In this document: piece after piece, positions 40,172 to 57,419 of the stretch
Position numbering within the stretch: the stretch's first letter is position 1
Layout: every line of letters begins with the position of its first letter
Origin: the human T2T-CHM13v2.0 reference genome, Homo sapiens
Length of the DNA: 64,000 bases
Strand: one strand, 5' to 3'
Assembly: GCF_009914755.1 (NCBI RefSeq)
Contig: NC_060932.1
Translations under genes and position numbers: made by a program
Notes under the pieces: generated by a model
The model's input: the letters and a program-made list of their open reading frames with translations, nothing else
Database searches by the model: none
What the model was told of the DNA's origin: nothing

Positions 40172-43100
40172 TGAAGACGGCCAACTAGACAAAGCCAGGA
40201 GGAATGTCTCCCACTGAAGGACCATGACATTGGGAAGAATGATACATTCTGATCAGATCGTCAGAGAGAAGGCAATAAGAGTGGATGGATGGAGGCTGCA
40301 GACACTGAACTGAAGGGAGAGGAGGCTGGGAACCTTCTGCAGGGCTGTCAAACGCCAGGACCTGCTCCTGACCCCCAGCGACTCATAAAGAGGGGGTGAG
40401 TTGAGCAGGTGAGGGGGTTTCCCACTGTCACCATGAAATTCCTCAACACAGGAGAAGCGATGACCACCACAGACACTTGAGTTGTCAGGGAAAGCAGTTT
40501 AGAGAAATGACAGAGGCAGGACTCCAGTCTATATAGAGTCCAGAGGGTTTGGCACAGGAATGTCTGTGGTGGAGCACAGCAAGACCCTCAAAGCTCATCA
40601 TGATCCTCTAAGAGACTTTAATCTTGGGGTGAGTATCAGTCCTGGAGAGAAGGGTAGTCTTGCCTATAAGACAGGGCCAGTTCAATCAGAGCACCTCCCT
40701 CTCCGCCAGCGTCTCTTAGGGTCCCAGCCTGGCTGCACCCACTTACACTGCCACCTTGGAGATGCAACCAGGGTGCTTCCTGGAGGGCCACATCAGAGCT
40801 TCTTTGCTAGCAGACCTCACCTAACTGTTGGAGAGCTCCAGCTGACTGGCCCCTGCCATTGCACATCCATCCACCAGGATCCTCAACCCACTGCAGTCTC
40901 TTCCCGCCACTTTGCCAGCATGCACTCACTCATAGACCATTCCCCACTGTTTTGCCAGTGTCCCCACGAGAGCAGACTTCACTCCCCTTCCCTTGATGGC
41001 TCATGTGCATGCACACCCAGCTGCCCAACCCACCCCTGCCAGTGCTGCTGCCGGCACAAGTATGTGCCCAGATGCCAGAACCCCACACCCAGTATGCCAT
41101 CACCACTGGGGTGAGTGCATGCACAGACACTAATGCCCCCTACTCTGGCCCCACTGCATGCATCCCACCACACTGCTGTGTCTAACAGGATGTGCGAGTG
41201 AGCATGGATTCTGCTGCCACCACCTGTAAGAAGTGCTTTGGCCAGCACCCCAACATTGGAGTGTTGGAGCTAGCAGACTGGGAACACATCAGCTTCTCCT
41301 GTGCAGCAGATTCCTAACCTTGAGGAGCCACAGAACAAAGCTGTGGGTCCAGTACCAGCCCTGCATAGTTAGAGCATGCAGCCCAGGAGTGCTGAGCTGA
41401 GCAGTTGGTCCCATAAAGTCTTCCAGAATTAAAGCCAGTAGACCTAACCTACCTTATACCATAATCAAACTGTCAAACTCCCAAGGGCATCAAAGAAGGA
41501 AAAGCAAGAAAAAAAATTCAAAGCACAGGTACTTCAAAGATTAAAGGAACATCAGCCCACACAGTTGAGAAAGAACTAGAGCAAGAACTTTGGCAACTCA
41601 AAAAGCCGGAGTGTCTTCTCACCTCCAGGCTATTTAACTAGTTCTGCAGCAATGATTCTTAACTAGGCTGAAATGGCTAAAATTACAGACACCATATTTA
41701 GAATATAGATAGGAACAAAGATTATCAAGATTAAAGAGAAAGCCAAGACCCAATAAAATGAATCTAAGAAATACAATAAAATGACACAAAAGCTGAAAGA
41801 TGAAATGGTCTGTTTAAGAAAGATCAAACCTGATCTCATAGACTGAAAAACAGCCTACAAGTATTTTTTAATACAATTGCAAGTATTAACAACAAAATAG
41901 ACCAAGCTGAAGAAAGAATCTCAGAGCTCAAAGACTGGTTCTCTGAATTAATTCAGTTAGACAAAAATAAAGAAAAAAAGCATTTAAAAAATAGAAAAAT
42001 AAAGAAAAAAGCATAGAAAAGAAAAAAGCATAAAAAAGCTTGAACAAATCCTCTCAAATATGGGATTATGTAAAAAAAAAAAAAACAAATCTACGACTCA
42101 GTGGTGTTCCTGATAGAAAGGGAGAGAAAGCAAGCAACTTGGAAAACATATTGGAGGATACTACCCATGAAAATTTCTTCAACTCTGCTAAAGAGGCTAA
42201 CATTTCAAATTAAGGATATACAGAGAACTCCACTGAGATACTATACAAGAAGACTATCCTCAAGACACGTAGTCATCAGATACTCCAAGGTCTGCAAAAA
42301 AGAAAAAAAAAAGTATTAAAAGCAGCCAGAAAGATAGGGAAATTCACCTACAAAGGGAACCTCATCAGGCTAACAGTGGACATTTCAGTAGAAACCCTAC
42401 AATCCAGAGGAGATTGAAATCCTATATTCAGCATTCTTAAAGAAAGGAAATTCCAACTAAGAATTTCATATCCAGCCAAACTAAACTTCATAAATAAAGG
42501 AGAAATAGAATCCTTTTCAGACAAGCAAATACTCAGGGAATTTATTACCCCCAAACCTGCTCTACAAGAGGTCTTTAATAGAGTGCTAAATATGGAAACA
42601 AAAGACTGTTACTATCCCCCTCAAAACCACATTTAACTACATAGATCATTGATACTATAAAGCAACTACACAATGAAGTCTGCATAACAACCAGTTCACA
42701 TCAGGATGACAGGATCAAATACACACATATCAATATTAACCTTGCCTATAAGCAGGCTAAATGTCCCCACTTAAAAGGTACACTGTCAAGTTGGATAAAG
42801 GAAGAAGACCCAACTGTAAGCTGTCTTCAGGAGACCCATCTCACATGCAGTGATTCCCATAGGCTCAATGTAGATGGATGGGTAAAAATCTACCAAGCAA
42901 ATGGAAAACACAGAAGCAGGGGAGGCTATTCTAAATTCAAACAAAACAGTTTAATATAACAATGATTAAAAAAAAAAAAGAAAAACATTACATGATTATA
43001 TAGGGTTAAATTCAACAAGACTTAACCATCCTGAATATATATGTACCCAACACAGGAGCACCAAGATTCCTAAAACAAGTTCTTAGAGACCTACAAAGAG

Positions 43101-46100
43101 ACTTAGATAAGCACACAATAATAGTGGGAGACTTCAGTACCCCATCAACAGTATTAGACTGATCGCTGAGACAGAAAACTAATATTCAACACTTGACCAA
43201 ATAAAACTGACAGACATCTTCATAATTCTCTGCCCCAAAACAAGATAATATATATTCTTCTCATCTGTACATGGTACACATTCTAAAATCAACCACACAA
43301 TTGTCCATAAAACAATTATCAGCAAATTTTAAAAAACCAAAATTATGCCAACGACACTCTCAAATTATAGCACATTAAAAACAGAAATCAACATTAAAAG
43401 GTTACTCAAAACAGTATAATTACATAGAAATTATATAATCTGCTCCTGAATGATTTCTGGGTATGCAATGAAATTAAAGCAAAAGTCAAGAAATTATTTG
43501 AAACTAATGAGAACACAGATACAACATACCACAATTTCTGTGATACAGCTAAATCAGTGTTAGAAGGACTATTTATAGCAGTACATGCCCATATTAAAAA
43601 GTTAGAGCTCAAATTAACAACCTAATATCATACCTTGAAGAACTAGAATAACAAGAGCAAACCAACTCCAAAGCTAGCAGAAGACAAGAAATAACCAAAA
43701 TCAGATCTGAAACAAATGAAACTGAAATGAAAAAAATATACCGAAGATAAACTAATCTAGATATTGGCTCCTTGAAATAATAAATAAGATTAATAGACTG
43801 CTATCTAGACTAATAAAGAAAAAAAGGGAGAGAAGATTCATATAAACACAATCAGAAATGAGAAAAGTGACATTACTATCTACTCCACAGAAATATAAAA
43901 ACCCCTCAGAGACTATTACAAAAACCTTTGTGCACAAAATCTAGAAAACCTATAAGAATTAAGAAGATTCCTGGAAACATATAACCCCTTAAGATTGAAC
44001 CAGGAAGAAATGGAAAACCTGAACAGACCAAAAATGAGTTACAAAATTTAATTGGTAACCAAAAGCCTTCCAGCCAGAGAAAATCCACAACCAGAGGGAT
44101 TCACAGCCAAATCTACCAGACATATGAAGAAGAAATGGTACCATTCTTACTGAAATTACTCAAGAAAATTGAGGAGGAGGCACCAGTCCCTAACTCATTC
44201 TATAAGGCCAGGATCATTCTGACAGCAAAACCTGACAGAATTGCAACAACAATAACAACAACAAAAAAAGCATCAGGTCAATATCCTTGATGAACATAGA
44301 TGCAAAAACCTCTACAAAATACTAGCAAACCAAATCCAGCAGCACATCAAAAAGCTAACCCATTATTATTAAGTAGGTTTTATGCCTGGGGTGCAAGATT
44401 GGTTCAAAATATGCAAATCAATAAATAATTCACCACATGAACTAAAAACCAAAACCACATGATCATCTGAATGGATTCAGAAAAGGGTTTCAATAGCATT
44501 TGCCATCCCTTTATGTTAAAAACCCTCAATAAACTAGTCATTGAAGGAACATCCATCAAAATAATAGGAGCCATCTATGACAGATTCACAGAAACATCAT
44601 ACTGAATGGGCAAAAGCGGGTAGCACCACCATTGAGAAACCAGAAAAAGACAAGATTGCCCACTCTTACCACTCCTATTTAACATAGTCTTGGCCAGAGC
44701 AATCAAGCAAGAGAAAGATATACAAGGCATCCAAATAGAAAGAAAGTCAAACTATGTCTGTTTGCAGGTGATATAACTTGGTACATAGAAAACCTCATAG
44801 TCTTTGCTCAAAAGCTCCTAGATCTCACAAAAGACTTCAGCAAAGTTCCAGGACACAAAATCAATGTACAAAAGTCAGTAGCATTTCTATACGTCAATGA
44901 GATCCATTCTGTGTGCCAAATCAAGGATGCAATCCCATTTACAATAGACACACACACAGACACACACACACACATACACAAATAAAATACATGAGAATAC
45001 AGCTAACCAAGGAGGTGAAAGATCACTACAATGAGAATTACAAAACATTGCTTAAAGAAATCAGAGATGACACAAACAAATGTAAAAACATTCTATGCTT
45101 ATGGATAAGAAAAATCAATATTGTTAAAATGGCCCAAAGCAATTTACACATTCAATGCTATTCCTGTCAAACTACCAATGACATTCTGCACAGAGTTAGA
45201 AAAAATATACTCTAAAATTAACGTGGAATCAAAAAAGAGCCTGAATAGACAAAGTAATCCTAAGCAAAAAGTACAATGCTGGAGGCACCACATTACCTGA
45301 CCCCAAACTATATTACAAGGCTACAATAACCAAAAAAGTCTGATACTGGTACAAAAACAGACACATAGACAAAAGGAACAGAATAGAGAGTCCAGAAATA
45401 AAACCACACATCTACAACTATCTGATCTTCCACAAAGTTGACCAGAACAAGCAATGGAGAAAGTACTCCTTATTCAATAAATGGTGCTGGGATAACTGGC
45501 TAGCCATATGCATAAGATTGAAACCGGACCCCTGTCGTACACCATATATAAAAATCATCTCAAGATTGATTAAAGATTTACATTTAAAACCTAAACTTAT
45601 AAAAATTCTTGAAAAAAAAAAAAACTAGTAAACACCATTCTGGACATACACCCTGGCAAAGATTTCACAATGAAGAGACCAAAAGCAATTGCAACAAAAA
45701 CAAAATTGATATATGGGACCTAATTAAACCAAAGAGCTTTTGCGCTGTAAAATAAACTATCAACAGGGTAAATGATCAACTTATAGAAAGGCAGAAAATA
45801 TTTGCAAACTATACATCCAAGAAAGGTCCAATATCCAGAATCTATAAGAAACTTAAATTCACCTGCAAAAGTAAAAAAAGACTGCATTAAAAAGTGGGCA
45901 AAGGACATGAACAGACAATTTTCAAAAGAAGATATACACACAGCCAACAAGCAAATGAAGAAATACTCAATATCACTAATTATTAGAGAAATTCAAATCA
46001 AAACCACAATGCGATACCATCTCAAGCCAATCAGAATGGCTATTATGTAAAAGCCAAAAAATAACAGGTACTGGTGAGGTTGCAGAGAAAAGGGAATGCT

Positions 46101-46716
46101 TATATACTACTGGTGGGAATGTAATTGAGTTCAGCCATTGTGAAAAGCAGTTTGGCAATTTCTCGAAGAACTAAAAACAGCACTACCATTCCACCAGCAA
46201 TCCCATTACTGGGTATATATCCAAAGAAATAGAAATTATTTTATCAGACACATGCACACATATGTTCAGCACAGCACTATTCACAACAGCAAAGACATAA
46301 AATCAAGTGGAATGCCCAACAGTGGTAGACTGTATAAATAAAATATGGTACATATACATAGAATACTATGTAGCCATAAAAAAGAACTGAGATTATGTCC
46401 TTTGCAGCAACATGGATGGAGCTGGAGGCCATTATCCTAAGCGAACTAATGCAGGAACAGAAAACCAAATACCAATTCTCACTTAAAAGTAGGAGCTAAA
46501 CATTGAGTACACATGAACAAAAAGAAGGGAACGACAGATACTGGACCCTACTTGAAGGTGGAGGGTGTGAAGAGAGAGAGGATAGAAAAACTACCCATTT
46601 GGTACTATGCTTATTACCTGTGTGATGAAATAATTTGCACACCAAACTCCGTGACACAAAATTTGTCTATATAACAAAACTGCACATTTATCACTGAAAC
46701 TAAAAGTTAAAAAAAT
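40172..46716 (+). mobile_element. Full-length L1PA15/L1PA16-type LINE-1 (5'UTR, ORF1, ORF2, 3'UTR), both ORFs disrupted
   Basis: 5' end aagacggccaactagac...ccaggaggaatgtctcccac. ORF1 region ~41560-42610 (agaatttcatatccagccaaacta, RISYPAKL). ORF2 from atgacaggatcaaat at ~42706. 3'UTR ggtactatgcttattacctgtgtgatgaaataat...aaagttaaaaaaa. Confidence 0.93.
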
Positions 46717-46876
46717 AAGTAAAGGTATTTTATATAGTAACTACCTCATTTATCTGCATGTCAGTATTTCAGACAACTCAGATGAGAAAAAAATAATTGT
46801 ATGTTAAAAGCATCTCTGAGCAACTAAAAGTTCCTAATGCATAATCTTACGCAGCATACTCAAATTATATTAGTAA

Positions 46877-47190
<314 letters not shown>

Positions 47191-49029
47191 TAACAAATGA
47201 ATTTCGTAGAAAAATTATTACTTTCTGATATTAGACAGCTGGGGGAGTAATAAAGTTGAGCCTGTTCTAGGTAGCCAGACTATCCATACTCTAGAACTTA
47301 GATATGTTCCTTACAAAAGTATTTTACACATTTTAATTTTTTTACTAAATATTTTATTTTAACAAGTTTTTGTTATAACACGTGAAACAATGAGAAGATG
47401 TGTAAATAGGCAAATAATCCTCCACCCACACATCAAACACACCTGCTTCATAGAAGTAATATAAACAGACTAGTGAATACAATCCTATATTTTCCATGCT
47501 GTGTGTGTGGTTTGTGTACATACACACTGGGTTTTGGAGGAGCTTAAAGACAACAATATAATGCTATTCATATTTCACTGATACCTACTTTTTCCAATTA
47601 TTTTATTTTAGGTATCATTTCAGGTAATCAACCCAGATTTATTGTTTCAAAGCTGTAAAATATTATATAACAGAAATGAATTTCTTCAAACATTTCTCTA
47701 TTTTGGGATATTCAGAACATTTCTAATTTTCACAGTGCAAACAAATGCACCTACTTCTACCCTTATTTCTATTTAATAAATTTCCTAAAATTATCATGAT
47801 GAGGCAAAGGACAGTCAAACTTTAAATTTCAATATTATTGATATATTGTTTTTCAAACAAATTTCCAATGTCTTTAAATCATGACATCATTGTATACTGA
47901 AAACGTGTTTTTCCTACTAGTATGCTATACCTATGAGATCTCATACATCATACATATGTGCTACTATTTCTAGCCTGATTTAAATTGTATTACCTATTTT
48001 TTTTCCAATATCAGGTTTTTGATTAAGTAAATTCATAATAATTTGTAATGTCTGGTAAAAAAAATATATAACCCACCTAATATTTCTTTTCCACATGTAT
48101 TGGGCTCTACTACATGTTCAGCTGAACAAAATAACAAAATATGGGAAACTATCAGGTATGTATTAATTTTTAAATTAGTGAAATTTAAATTTATTATACT
48201 GGAAAAAAGACTAAAATTCTGATTGTAATTAGTATTTATTAATTTTGACATATTCCTATTTAATGTTATTGTCTTTCAATTCAAAAATATCCTGTCTCTC
48301 TACATTTATATATACATTGCTTTGTTCTTTAAAAAATAAATTTACATAGCTATCCACATATGTTCTGTATATGTCTTTTAACATTTGTTCCTTAGTATTA
48401 TTTGTTTGGCCATTTGTTTTTAGCATTATGTTGAATTTTGTTTTTTTCTACCTCATACCCTAGCCATTATTTCTGATAAGATTTTAGCATTTTAAACACT
48501 TAATCTTTTCAAAATACATATTATTCTATTGTTTGCAAGCTAAAGTGTGGCTTTATTTATACATGTGAAAGATAATAAATACTACTTTTAAAATATGCAA
48601 AATGTTTGGTCTTGCATGTGAAATAAATTAAGGATCATATGCTCCATGTTCATGCCAAGCATGTTCTCCATATGAATGCCAGTTTTAAGAAAATAGTATT
48701 TCTTAGAAAAGCAACTGTGTTATCAGCATATTACCCAAAATAATGATGAATTATCCTAGAGAGTTAAAAATAAATTTTTGTATGAGTTCAATTCATTTTT
48801 GTCTTCACATCAGTTTGTTACAATTACGTGTCTTTTTTTCTTTTTGTTTCATATAAGAATATGAAGACTATACCTTTTATTTTCAATACAAACCATTTAC
48901 TTTCAGATATGAAGATATTTTGTTACTAGGCTATTGTAACTGAGCTCAGTTATTTTTATTTTTTAATGTACAAAACATAAAACACCTTTTAAAAGTTACA
49001 ATAGCTATATTCATTCATACCCAGAATAT

Positions 49030-50618
49030 TTTAAAGATATATTTTATTAAATTGGTAAACAGATAATAAAATGTTAAAGAACAGAAAAGGGAGCAACAGG
49101 GGCTTAAGAACTGATAATATAAGTATAGGAACAAGTACCAGCATCAAGAAAGTGTGGTGTTGGTGAAGGAATAAATAGATCAATGGAAGAGAAATAGAGT
49201 ACCCTAAAATAGACTCCTATAAATATGGGCAACTGACCTCTGATAAAGGAGCAAAGGGAATACAATAGAGAAAAAAATAGTCTTTTCAATTAAATGTGCT
49301 TGAACAACTGAACATCCACATGCAAGAAATGAATCTAGATGCAGACCTTACAACCTTCACAAAAATTAACTTAAAATATATCATGGACATAAATGAAAGA
49401 AAAAAAAAACTATACAACTTCTAGAAAATAACATAGGAAAAAGTCCAGATGATCTTGGGTTTGACAGTAAATTTAAAAATACAACACCACAGCCATGATC
49501 CATGAAAGAAAGACCAATAAGCTGGACTTCATTAAAATTAAAAACCTATGTTCTGCAAAAGACACTGTCAGTGAAATGAAAAGAAGAAAAGCCACAGGCT
49601 GGGAGAAAATATTTGCAAAGTCTTACCAGATAAAGAATTATTATCCAAAATACACAAAAAACCTTCATTCTCAACAATAAAACACAACCCAATAAAAATG
49701 TTGGCCAAAGACCTCAACAAAGATGACACACAGATGACAAATAGATATATGAAAAACTGTTCCACATCATATGTTATTGAGAAAATGCAAATTAAAACAA
49801 CTAGATACACTACCTACCTATTAGAATAACCAAAATCCAGAGCTGAATGGAGGCAAGTATGTGAAGCAATAGGAACTCTCATTCATTGGTGGTGGGAATG
49901 CAAAATGGTACAGTTACTTTGAAGACAGTTTGGCAGTTTTGTAGAGAACTAAATATATCCTTATGATAGGATCCAGCAATTATGCTCTTTATTATTTCCC
50001 CAAATGAGTTACAGTCTAAAGTCCCCACAAAAACCTGCACATGAATGCTTATAAAATCTTTATTCACAATTGCCAACACTTGGAAGTAGCCAAGATATCC
50101 TTCAGTAAGTGAATAAATAAACTGTGGTACATCCAGATAGTGAAATATTATTCAGCACTAAAAAGAAATGAGTCTTTAAGCCAAGAAAAAAAAAATGAAG
50201 GAAAAGTAAATGGGTATTACTAAGCAAAAAAAAAAAAGCCCAACTACATACTGTATGATTCCAACCATATGACATCTGAAAAACTATGGAAAAAGTAAAA
50301 ATTATCAGTGGTTGCTAGGGATTAGAGAGGAGGGAGGGATGAGTAGGTGGAGCACAGAGAATTTTTAGGGCAGTGTAACTACTCTGTATGTTACTATAAT
50401 ATTAGATATATGTCATTATAACTATTTCCAAACAAATAGAACGTAAAAATTCTGGGTGACAATGATGTGTCAGCAGAGGTTCATCAATTGGGACAAATGT
50501 GTCACTCTGGTGAAGGATGTTGACAATGTATGTGTGGGGAAAGAGGGTATATAAGATATCTCTGTATCTTATGCTCAATTTTGCTGTAAACCTGAAAGTG
50601 CTCTAAAAATAGTCTTAA
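49030..50618 (+). mobile_element. L1MC1-like LINE-1 3' portion
   Basis: ORF2 end (KLDFIKIKNLCSAKD...WEKIFA). 3'UTR gggagggatgagtaggtggagcacagag...gggtgacaatgatgtgtca...ttttgctgtaaacctgaaagtgctctaaaaa. Confidence 0.88.
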
Positions 50619-50799
50619 AATGTGAAGGAACAATGAAGGGGACAAAAGGGATTTAAGAATTTACAAGTACCATCATATCTTGTCAAACAAAAATACAACC
50701 TTTATCAGTACTACCTTGAATTTTTAAAGCACAAATTAAAGAATATATTTCATGGAGAAATACATAGAGCAAATAAACAATATGTGCATAGCTACACGT

Positions 50800-52455
<1,656 letters not shown>

Positions 52456-52459
52456 CCAT

Positions 52460-54447
52460 CAGAACTGAAAGGAAAGATAAGCAAGAACCTCATGAGATTA
52501 CTTACCTACAAGGAGTGGGTGGGAAAGAAGTGGAAAGAAGAATGGAATGGAAGGTCAGTGTGTCAGGGATAGTAAAAGGTCTGAGGATCTCTCAGTATAT
52601 ATATTTTATACATAGTAAGACAGGAGAATAGAGTCTAGAGGCAGGAAAATTATGACCAATTTATGCTGAGTCAAGGAAAATCACTAAGGTCTGGGGCCAG
52701 GGAATCTAAGGCCAATTTGTGCTGACTTCCTTAAAGAGAAACCACCAAGGTCTGTGGGCAGGAAACATAAGGCTAATTAACACAAACTTCCTAAAGCTAA
52801 ACCCAAAGGGAAAAACCCCATGCCCCATGCTGAGTAACAAAAGATCAAAGGCTACTCTCCCTACAATCTCCTCCTTCCACCAGATGGAAGGGGAAAGTGC
52901 CCTGGATTGGCCTGGGGGCCAAGCACGGACCATCCGTTCATCTGCATAGAATGCCAATTCATCCACTTCAGCCTTTAATTAGCCACAGACCAAATCCTTC
53001 ATCCGGGTAAGTGGTAACCAATAGGGACCTCAAGAAGAAGTTCCTAAAACCCAGAAAACTTTGTAACATGTAACCTGGCAGTTGAATTGCTTACTTGCAC
53101 CCACTTCCACCCTATGGAGTCCTTTCTTGCTTTGATAAATTTCTGCTTTCACTGCTTCATCCCTGTTTTGTTACATTGTTACTTTGTGCATTTTGTCCAA
53201 TTCTTTGTTCAAAATGCCAAGGATCTGGAAAACTCACACTCAAGGTCCTCCTTGCAGTAACAATATGACCCTTAGAACCGTAGTACTATTTTATTTACTC
53301 TTAATATACCCCCAAAATTAACAAACAAAATTAAACCATAAAAGTGAGCATACCTGGCAATCACTTTTAGTTTCTAAAAACTAATCTTCAATAAAAGGAA
53401 CATGGGATCCTTGGAGAATTAGGTGATTCCAGGGAAAGTACAAGTTAACCTGGAATATCTTTTGGCATCAGAAAGTAATAAACTGTTCAAAAAATGAATA
53501 AATAAAATGAGGGCTTTAAAAAAGAACCAAAGTGGTCAACTTGGAGGAGCCCCTAGTAGTCAAAGCTGTATTAATTTGAGCAACAACATTAAGGATAACA
53601 TTAAGTTATAACCTCATGTATAAAATCAACGTGAATGAGACCATGCTGATATAAATTTATAAATGAAGGCAAATGAACAGTTTTTTCTAACAAGAGGTTT
53701 TTATATGTGTAAAAGGAAAGAGGGAAATAAAGAATCACCGTTATGCAAATCCCCCTAATAATTATTGAAGACAAGATTTGCCAGTGAATGTTAAAATCAG
53801 TGTACAAGGGTTATAAGAGAAACGTGTCCATATTCTCAAATATATTTCCCAAAATATTTATTAAACACAAGGGTCAAATTAATAACCTTACACTTGATAA
53901 ATCCAGCAGTTACCAAGTTAACAGAATGATCAAGAAAATATCCCCAGTACTAAAACATTGGCATGATGAGCCCCATGCTATGATATACTAGTAAGGGCAC
54001 CATATCAATTCTCTGGTGTTCTTTCTGAAAATGATAACCTCATTTCAATCATGGAAATATATCAGACAAATCAAAGTTGAAGGTCATTCTAAAAATAACT
54101 AATTAGTACTCTTCCAAAGCGTCAGATCATAAAAGACAAGGAAATACTGAAAAGACTGAAGGTCTGAAAGAGATTAAGGAGAAATCATAATGAAATGCAA
54201 TGTAAAATCCTCAGTAGGATTCTTGAAAAAAAAAATAACATTAGTAGAAAAAAATGATGAAATTTAAATGAGGTTTCCATTTTAGTTACTAATATTGTAC
54301 CAATATTAATTTCTTCTTCCTGATAATTACATATAATCATATAAGTTGCTAACATTAGGTGAAGCTGGTGAGGAATATATGAATACTCCATGTAACATTT
54401 ATGCAACTTTTCTGCAAGCCTAAAATTAGTTCAAAATTAAATGTTTC
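52460..54447 (+). mobile_element. L1MC3/MC4-type 3'UTR, split by an ERV1 LTR
   Basis: ccttggagaattaggtgattccagggaaagtacaag...atcagacaaatcaaagttgaaggtcattct...gcaacttttctgcaagcctaaaatta. Confidence 0.7.
52616..53262 (+). mobile_element. ERV1 solo LTR (LTR29/MER83 group)
   Basis: Starts taagacaggagaatagagtctagaggcagg, has three ~60-bp internal repeats, ends tgtccaattctttgttcaaaatgccaag...cagtaaca. Flanks atag/atat. Confidence 0.82.
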
Positions 54448-56557
54448 AGAAAATGAGCTTATTGTTTCCATCTGCACATTAACATTACTAAATTAGGGTG
54501 TTATATCAGGGATCCACATGATTTTATTCTTTCCCCACATTTGTTTCTATATTTAATGTTGATTATAGATCTAACTCTAGTGATTTATTCATGACAATTC
54601 ATTACTTTCAACACCTCTTTTCTGCATAGAATAATTATTTCATTTATAAAATAATCTATTTTAGGTTTATACATATCAAAATTATACATTAAAATGTCAC
54701 TTCTTTAATATAATAAACTAATAAAACATCAGTGATATATTCAAACTAGGTGAAAGGAAAACTTCAGAACACATTTTTGTAAAATATTTAATTATTAAAT
54801 AACCAATTAAGCTAACAATTTCAATTGTGGCTTTCTAACCTAAGTTTAATTAGTTTTGACTGGGAGCTGTGGAAATCTGAGAACTACACATGAACTAATT
54901 TTGCAGAAGATGTCAATGAAAATACTCAGTTAAAAAGTTTAAATTATCACCATTTAATTATGACCATTTAAATCAGCTTTTCTGTCTCAATTAAAAATGT
55001 ATGCTCATTGCATCTTGTAAGAATTATATGTATTTGCACCATTATTTTTCAGATTGTAGGGTTTAAATTCACTTTCTACAGTTGTATTTAAAATACATGC
55101 TATCTGCTAAATATTAACACTGATGAATATATTTGGTAATCTAGTAAACAAGGACAAACCGTTATTATATTGTAATAATATTTAAACAATTTCATGGACA
55201 ATGACATGTTATAATGAGAAAAGCATATAGTTAAGTCTTATATCTTAATAAATATAAACTATCAGCTATATTTAAAATGCCTTTTTATGTATACAAAATA
55301 AAACAACACCATAATAGGTATTCTAAAACAATGATATTTTAATTTATGTTACATAAATCCTTCGATTTATTATAGAATTTGTGGGTATATATCTATTTTC
55401 CTTACAATAGTTTTTTAAAACTTAATACTATAGCCTGTGCATTGAACTTCACCAAGAAAGTAAAAGCAGTAAATATTAAAACCTATTTTAGAATTTCTAA
55501 AATGAGTTCATTTCTACCACATCAAAGTTTAAGTTTTTTCAATTCAAATTTACATTAGAAATTCAAAAGCTCCTTATATGCATTAAAGATTATTTAATGC
55601 ATTTTAATCACCACAGGATTCTTCAGAATCAATAGGTTAGCAGTAATTGAGGCTCACTATTTATTGCGAGGTTTAAATACTGTGATAGAAAAAACACTTT
55701 CCTTAAAATTTTAGATAATTAATCAGATGAATCAGACTACTAGCTAGGGAGAATTCTGTGTTCTTGAATTTTCTTTAGTAAAACAATGTCTTTAACATTT
55801 TAAATCTATGCTCCACAAAAAAAAAAGTTCAACTGTATGTTTTAATATATTTATTGTATCACCTAATATCTAATTTATGAGAGTTGTCATTGAAATTTGA
55901 TATTCTTCAATAAGATATAAAGTATTTAGATTTTAACAATTTATGGTGATTTCTATAGCCTGCTATGTTGTGATTTCTGCCACATTTTCTTTTGCTGCTT
56001 ATGTGAAACTCATAAAACAAAATAATCTCAGGATTTGTTTGTATGCATTTGTCAAATTGCTTTTCGTTTAACTCTTTTTTAGGACAATTTCCTAAATTGA
56101 ACACTCTTTCATGGAAAAAAGTAAATTGGAACCTGCACTTGTGAGGCTTGGAAACTACCACCTAAGATGTTTAAAAGGAAAACTGTCGTTTGCCTCAAAA
56201 TGTTTATCCTTGGGAAGGAATCAATATTGTGCTGACTTTCTCCCCATACCTAAGTTGGCTTTGCTCCAATAGTATTATTTCCCTCTTTACAAAGTAAAAG
56301 TCCAAACAAAAAAACTGTTACTTAAATAAGTTCCTCTCTAATTTATTTGTTCCCCAATGTCACCAGCTCAAAGACATTTACAATAAACTCCATATTGGAA
56401 ATTGCAAATCTTTCCACATTGCTAGCACTCATGGTCACTTTATAAATTATGTATTTCTTCTTTCATTGTTTCATGTGCTTATATATATGTGCATGTGTAT
56501 ATATATACATATACACACACACACAACATACCTGTTCAAACATTTATTGTTTACTAT

Positions 56558-56924
56558 TAATATTGTTTGGCTCTATGTCCCCACTCATATCTCATCTCGA
56601 ATTGTAATCCCCACACATCAAGGGAGGGACCTGGTGGGAGGTGACTGTATCATGGGGGGTGGATTCCCCCATGCTGTTCTTATGATGGTGAGATAGTTCT
56701 CACAAGATCCGGTGGTTTAAAAGTGTTTGGCAGTTCCCTCCTCACTCTCCCTCTCTTGTCGCCTTATGAAGAAGGTCCTTGCCTCCCCTTTACCTTCCAC
56801 CATGATTGTAAGTTTCCTGAGGCCTCCCCAGCCATGTGGAACTGTCAGTCAATTAAAACTTTTTCTTCATAAATTACCCAGTCTCAGGAAGTTCTTTATA
56901 GCACTGTGAAAACACACTAATACA
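56558..56924 (+). mobile_element. THE1D-like MaLR solo LTR
   Basis: tttggctctatgtccccac...ccatgattgtaagtttcctgaggcctccccagccatg...cactaataca. TSD actat/accat. Confidence 0.92.
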
Positions 56925-57419
56925 ACCATTCACCAATGTAGTTTTGCCGGCATAATTTGTACTCTCTCTGCCCCCACTCTCAGAAAAATCATAATACTCC
57001 TTCAGTGTTCTAATAATCTTAGACAATGGGCTATATCTGTTCTCCAGCTTGGGTTTCAGCTCACTATTTACTGCTTTGGTCTCTTGTCATATTGTCAAAT
57101 GGACATTAGTGGTGGGGCTCTTTAATCCAATTCGAAATGCAGCCACAACATTCAGATAACTTTGGGATTGCTGAAAGAGAAGACCACATACCTACATCTA
57201 CGATTATTTTTTTCATATATTTAGTCAGAGACACAGTATTTAATGGGACTATCATTAATAGAGTTACCATCATTGGTGTACATACAACAAATCCTAGTAA
57301 TATTTTTTTTCTCATCTCTTGTATCCCTAATGCAGTGAACATCAGTTGGTAACACTTTTTAAGCTGATAGAGTCTTGTCAGTTTTTTAAAAATAAATCAC
57401 TTTTAGCTATGCCAATGCC

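Noticed and set aside
52616-52800. Three ~60-bp direct repeats, superficially array-like
   Set aside because: Internal repeats of the ERV1 LTR. No unique spacers, and the DNA is eukaryotic, so not CRISPR.
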